DNA from: Escherichia coli
GTDB taxonomy: Bacteria > Pseudomonadota > Gammaproteobacteria > Enterobacterales > Enterobacteriaceae
Direction: 5' to 3' (one strand)
NCBI RefSeq assembly: GCF_003334335.1
Contig: NZ_QOWQ01000107.1
Length of the DNA: 1,427 nucleotides
A program made the position numbers and the translations under genes. Within the stretch, counting starts at the first letter, position 1. Each line of letters starts with the position of its first letter. Under the pieces are notes generated by a model that made no database searches, had not been told where the DNA came from, and saw nothing but the letters and a program-made list of their open reading frames with translations. Shown here piece by piece: positions 1 to 1,427 of this stretch.

Positions 1-131
1 TCTGCGCGAGTGTGCGGGGATAATCAAAAACGATACACACCGGGGTTTACCGCGTTAACGGAGCGTGGCGTTGTCCCCTCATGGTCGCTCGTCCGGTGCG
101 ATGGTGGAAGAAACTGGATTTTGTTGCAACT

Positions 132-144
132 GATAATCATTATC
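132..144. repeat. Perfect 6-bp-arm palindrome GATAAT-C-ATTATC just upstream of cosQ
   Basis: Seen in sequence: gataatcattatc reads as an inverted repeat around a central C. I recall the same motif at the equivalent place near the lambda right end. Its function is unknown to me. Confidence 0.4.
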
Positions 145-152
145 ATTTTCTC

Positions 153-159
153 GGGTCCT
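153..159 (+). other. cosQ-like element (GGGTCCT), needed in lambda to terminate packaging at the downstream cos
   Basis: Seen in sequence: GGGTCCT lies exactly 30 nt upstream of the predicted top-strand nick (182/183). Established knowledge (from memory): this is the same heptamer and spacing as lambda cosQ. Confidence 0.6.
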
Positions 160-182
160 TTCCGGCGATCCGGGCCGTTACG

Positions 183-194
183 GGGCGGCGACCT
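183..194 (+). other. cosN cohesive-end sequence GGGCGGCGACCT; predicted nicks between 182/183 (top strand) and 194/195 (bottom strand), giving 12-nt 5' overhangs
   Basis: Seen in sequence: exact 12-mer GGGCGGCGACCT, preceded by CCGTTACG and followed by CGCGG. Established knowledge: this is the lambda cohesive end, with the flanks as I recall them for the lambda right and left termini. Confidence 0.85.
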
Positions 195-231
195 CGCGGA
201 TTTTCACTATTTATGAAAATTTTCCGGGATC

Positions 232-243
232 CATGTCCGGTTT
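232..243 (-). repeat. R3-like putative small-subunit binding element (AAACCGGACATG on the minus strand)
   Basis: Seen in sequence: catgtccggttt is the exact reverse complement of the 12-mer at 319-330. It sits at offset 50-61 from the left end, close to lambda R3 as I recall it. Confidence 0.5.
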
Positions 244-252
244 CTCTGCAAG

Positions 253-285
253 TTAACCATATGAAAAATATAAAAACATGCTTTC
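253..285. promoter_or_regulatory. AT-rich, A-tract-containing spacer; candidate IHF-binding/bending site analogous to lambda I1
   Basis: Seen in sequence: ttaaccatatgaaaaatataaaaacatgctttc lies between the first and second repeat copies. The minus strand reads CATGTTTTTATATTTTTCAT, reminiscent of the lambda I1 segment as I recall it. I could not find a clean match to the IHF consensus WATCAANNNNTTR. Confidence 0.3.
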
Positions 286-288
286 CAT

Positions 289-300
289 GAACCGGACATG
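289..300 (+). repeat. R2-like putative small-subunit binding element (GAACCGGACATG, 11/12 match)
   Basis: Seen in sequence: the 11-mer AACCGGACATG (290-300) is identical to 320-330. Offset from the left end is 107-118. Confidence 0.5.
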
Positions 301-318
301 CGCAAAAAATAGACACTA

Positions 319-330
319 AAACCGGACATG
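319..330 (+). repeat. R1-like putative small-subunit binding element (AAACCGGACATG), with an adjacent partial inverted copy (ACCGGTTTTG, 331-340)
   Basis: Seen in sequence: aaaccggacatg, immediately followed by accggttttg, so AAAACCGG (318-325) and CCGGTTTT (332-339) form an 8-bp inverted repeat around ACATGA. Confidence 0.5.
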
Positions 331-368
331 ACCGGTTTTGTTGTGATTGTGAGGTGAGAGTTTTTGCG

Positions 369-377
369 AGGTGAGGA
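369..377 (+). promoter_or_regulatory. Shine-Dalgarno region for the small terminase gene (GAGGTGAGGA)
   Basis: Seen in sequence: purine-rich GAGG at 369-372, 5 nt upstream of the GTG at 378. An in-frame TGA at 372-374 closes the frame upstream, so GTG 378 is the first possible start. Confidence 0.55.
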
Positions 378-887
378 GTGGCTACGCAGACTGAAGTTGC
401 CAGGCATTTAAGTCTGACCGATCGCCAGCTTCGCAGATTGCAGAAATTGCCGGGTGCCCCGATATCGAATAAGCGAGGGCAACTGGATCTGGATGCCTGG
501 CGCGATTTTTACATATCGTATCTGAGAAGAAGTAAAAACGATGTGCCTGATGGCGATAGCGAAGACGACTATGAGGAGAAATTGCTTATTGCCAGATGGG
601 AACTGACAGCAGAACAGGCTGTTACACAGCAGTTAAAAAATGAGGTGTCAAAAGGAAAACTTATTGACACCGGGTTCTGTATTTTTGCCCTCAGCAAGCT
701 GGCAATGGCGTTATCCAGTACGCTTGATTCCATCCCTTTATCCATGCAGCGACAGTTTCCTGATTTAACACCGCGCCATCTTGACCATCTGAAAACCCTT
801 ATTGCGAAGGGGGCAAATCAGTGTGCGCGGGCGGGGGATAAATTACCGGATTTACTCGATGAATATATCAGAGCAACAACTGAATAA
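378..887 (+). CDS. nu1: Terminase small subunit (lambda Nu1 family), 169 aa, GTG start; N-terminal winged-HTH DNA-binding domain divergent from lambda, C-terminal large-subunit-interaction region conserved
   Basis: Complete ORF in the supplied track. Its C-terminal half (GFCIFALSKLAMALSSTLDSIPLSMQRQFPDLTPRHLDHLK...LPDLLDEYI) aligns by eye to lambda Nu1 as I recall it (AFCTFVLSRIAGEIASILDGLPLSVQRRFPELENRHVDFLK...IPGLLSEYI). It lies directly after cos and overlaps the gpA-like gene as in lambda. The N-terminus (EVARHLSLTDRQLRRL) fits an HTH pattern but differs in sequence from lambda. Confidence 0.9.
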   Translation: MATQTEVARHLSLTDRQLRRLQKLPGAPISNKRGQLDLDAWRDFYISYLRRSKNDVPDGDSEDDYEEKLLIARWELTAEQAVTQQLKNEVSKGKLIDTGFCIFALSKLAMALSSTLDSIPLSMQRQFPDLTPRHLDHLKTLIAKGANQCARAGDKLPDLLDEYIRATTE

Positions 888-1427
888 TATGATGAGTGCT
901 GTCACAACAGCATTACAGCCCCTGATAAGGGCATTGCCGGTGACGCCAGTTGAATGGGCTGATCAAAATTATTATCTGCCTAAAGAATCTTCATATGGTG
1001 AGGGAGAATGGAAAACGCTGCCGTTCCAGATCGCCATCATGAACAGCATGGGGAATGATCAGATCCGGACTGTTAATCTGATTAAATCTGCCCGTGTTGG
1101 CTATACAAAGATGTTGCTAGGAGTCGCCGGGTATTTTATTGAGCATAAATCCCGAAACAGTCTGCTTTTTCAGCCCACGGATTCTGCCGCTGAAGATTTT
1201 ATGAAGTCTCACGTGGAGGCGACGATTCGGGACGTGCCATGCCTGAAAGATCTTTCCCCGTGGCTGGGACGTAAACATCGTGACAATACTCTCACGCTGA
1301 AACGCTTTTCATCGGGGGTGGGCTTCTGGTGCCTGGGTGGTGCGGCAGCAAAAAACTACCGTGAAAAATCCGTGGACGTGGTCTGCTATGACGAACTTTC
1401 CTCGTTCGAGCCGGATGTCGAAAAAGA
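859..1427 (+). CDS. A: Terminase large subunit (lambda gpA family), N-terminal 189 codons; 3' end lies beyond the window
   Basis: My translation from ATG 859 (frame +2 relative to the small subunit gene) gives MNISEQQLNNMMSAVTTALQPLIRALPVTPVEWADQNYYLPKESSYGEGEWKTLPFQIAIMNSMGNDQIRTVNLIKSARVGYTKMLLGV..., open to the window end. This matches lambda gpA as I recall it (MNISNSQ...VEWADANYYLPKESAYQEGRWETLPFQRAIMNAMGSDYIREVNVVKSARVGYSKMLLGV), including Y46, K76 and K84 of the KSARVGY(S/T)K ATP-binding segment (nt 1084-1110). The ORF is absent from the supplied track, presumably because it has no stop codon in the window. Confidence 0.92.
   Translation, partial: MNISEQQLNNMMSAVTTALQPLIRALPVTPVEWADQNYYLPKESSYGEGEWKTLPFQIAIMNSMGNDQIRTVNLIKSARVGYTKMLLGVAGYFIEHKSRNSLLFQPTDSAAEDFMKSHVEATIRDVPCLKDLSPWLGRKHRDNTLTLKRFSSGVGFWCLGGAAAKNYREKSVDVVCYDELSSFEPDVEK

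Larger units (their letters stand above)
195..377 (+). other. cosB-like terminase small-subunit binding region between cosN and the small-subunit start codon
   Basis: Inference from position: in lambda cosB (R3, I1, R2, R1) fills the ~180 bp between cosN and the Nu1 start. Here the interval is 183 bp and contains three copies of a 12-bp repeat plus an AT-rich tract. Confidence 0.65.
1..1427 (+). mobile_element. Segment of a lambdoid phage/prophage genome spanning the cos junction (right end joined to left end) and the start of the head-packaging operon
   Basis: Seen in sequence: cosQ-like, cosN and cosB-like elements followed by overlapping small and large terminase genes in lambda order. 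From memory, several stretches (e.g. 171-230) are near-identical to the lambda genome termini. Confidence 0.85.

Noticed and set aside
10-216. 68-aa plus-strand ORF from the supplied track
   Set aside because: It runs straight through cosQ and the cosN nick site (182/183) in the non-coding right end, has no recognisable ribosome-binding site or protein similarity, and is most likely a chance ORF in GC-rich DNA.
150-235. Possibility that the window is a cosmid or cloning-vector cos fragment
   Set aside because: The region differs from lambda at several positions near cos, and it is followed by a divergent cosB and a non-lambda small subunit N-terminus. This argues for a natural lambdoid phage or prophage rather than vector-derived lambda cos.
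81-290. 69-aa plus-strand ORF from the supplied track
   Set aside because: It spans cosN and the first cosB repeat, where terminase and IHF are expected to bind. It shows no similarity to any protein I recognise and is likely spurious.
232-340. Possibility that the repeated 12-mers are a small CRISPR array or transposon terminal inverted repeats
   Set aside because: There are only three short (12-bp) copies in mixed orientation with unequal spacers and no transposase or cas context. The position between cosN and the small terminase gene fits terminase R-type binding sites far better.
207-407. 66-aa minus-strand ORF from the supplied track
   Set aside because: It lies antisense across the whole cosB region and the small-subunit start, with an AT-rich, low-complexity translation. 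Coding here is implausible.
889-894. Downstream in-frame ATG ATG as an alternative large-subunit start
   Set aside because: The upstream ATG at 859 gives an N-terminus MNIS matching lambda gpA as recalled and reproduces the lambda-like overlap with the small subunit gene. The downstream ATGs are retained only as a low-probability alternative.
1-1427. A novel or previously undescribed system such as a defence or toxin module
   Set aside because: Every part of the window is explained by the canonical lambdoid cos/terminase arrangement. No unexplained ORF or structured element remains after accounting for cosQ, cosN, cosB, the small subunit and the large subunit.

Overview
This window is the DNA-packaging initiation region of a lambda-like (lambdoid) phage or prophage, not a novel system. 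Read 5' to 3' it contains: the non-coding right end of the phage genome (1-182) with a cosQ-like heptamer GGGTCCT (153-159) exactly 30 nt upstream of the nick; the 12-nt cohesive-end sequence GGGCGGCGACCT (183-194), i.e. cosN; a cosB-like region (195-377) with three copies of a 12-bp motif AAACCGGACATG at R3/R2/R1-like spacings; a GTG-initiated terminase small subunit gene (Nu1-like, 378-887); and the 5' part of the terminase large subunit gene (gpA-like, 859-1427, running off the window), which overlaps the small subunit gene by 29 nt. The cos junction is uncut, so the sequence comes from a prophage, circular or concatemeric form rather than a virion end. The most interesting point is that cosQ/cosN and the first ~45 bp past the nick look near-identical to lambda, whereas the putative terminase-binding repeats and the N-terminal DNA-binding domain of the small subunit are different, suggesting a non-lambda packaging specificity. 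All comparisons to lambda are from my memory of the lambda sequence and proteins, not from a search, and should be confirmed by alignment.
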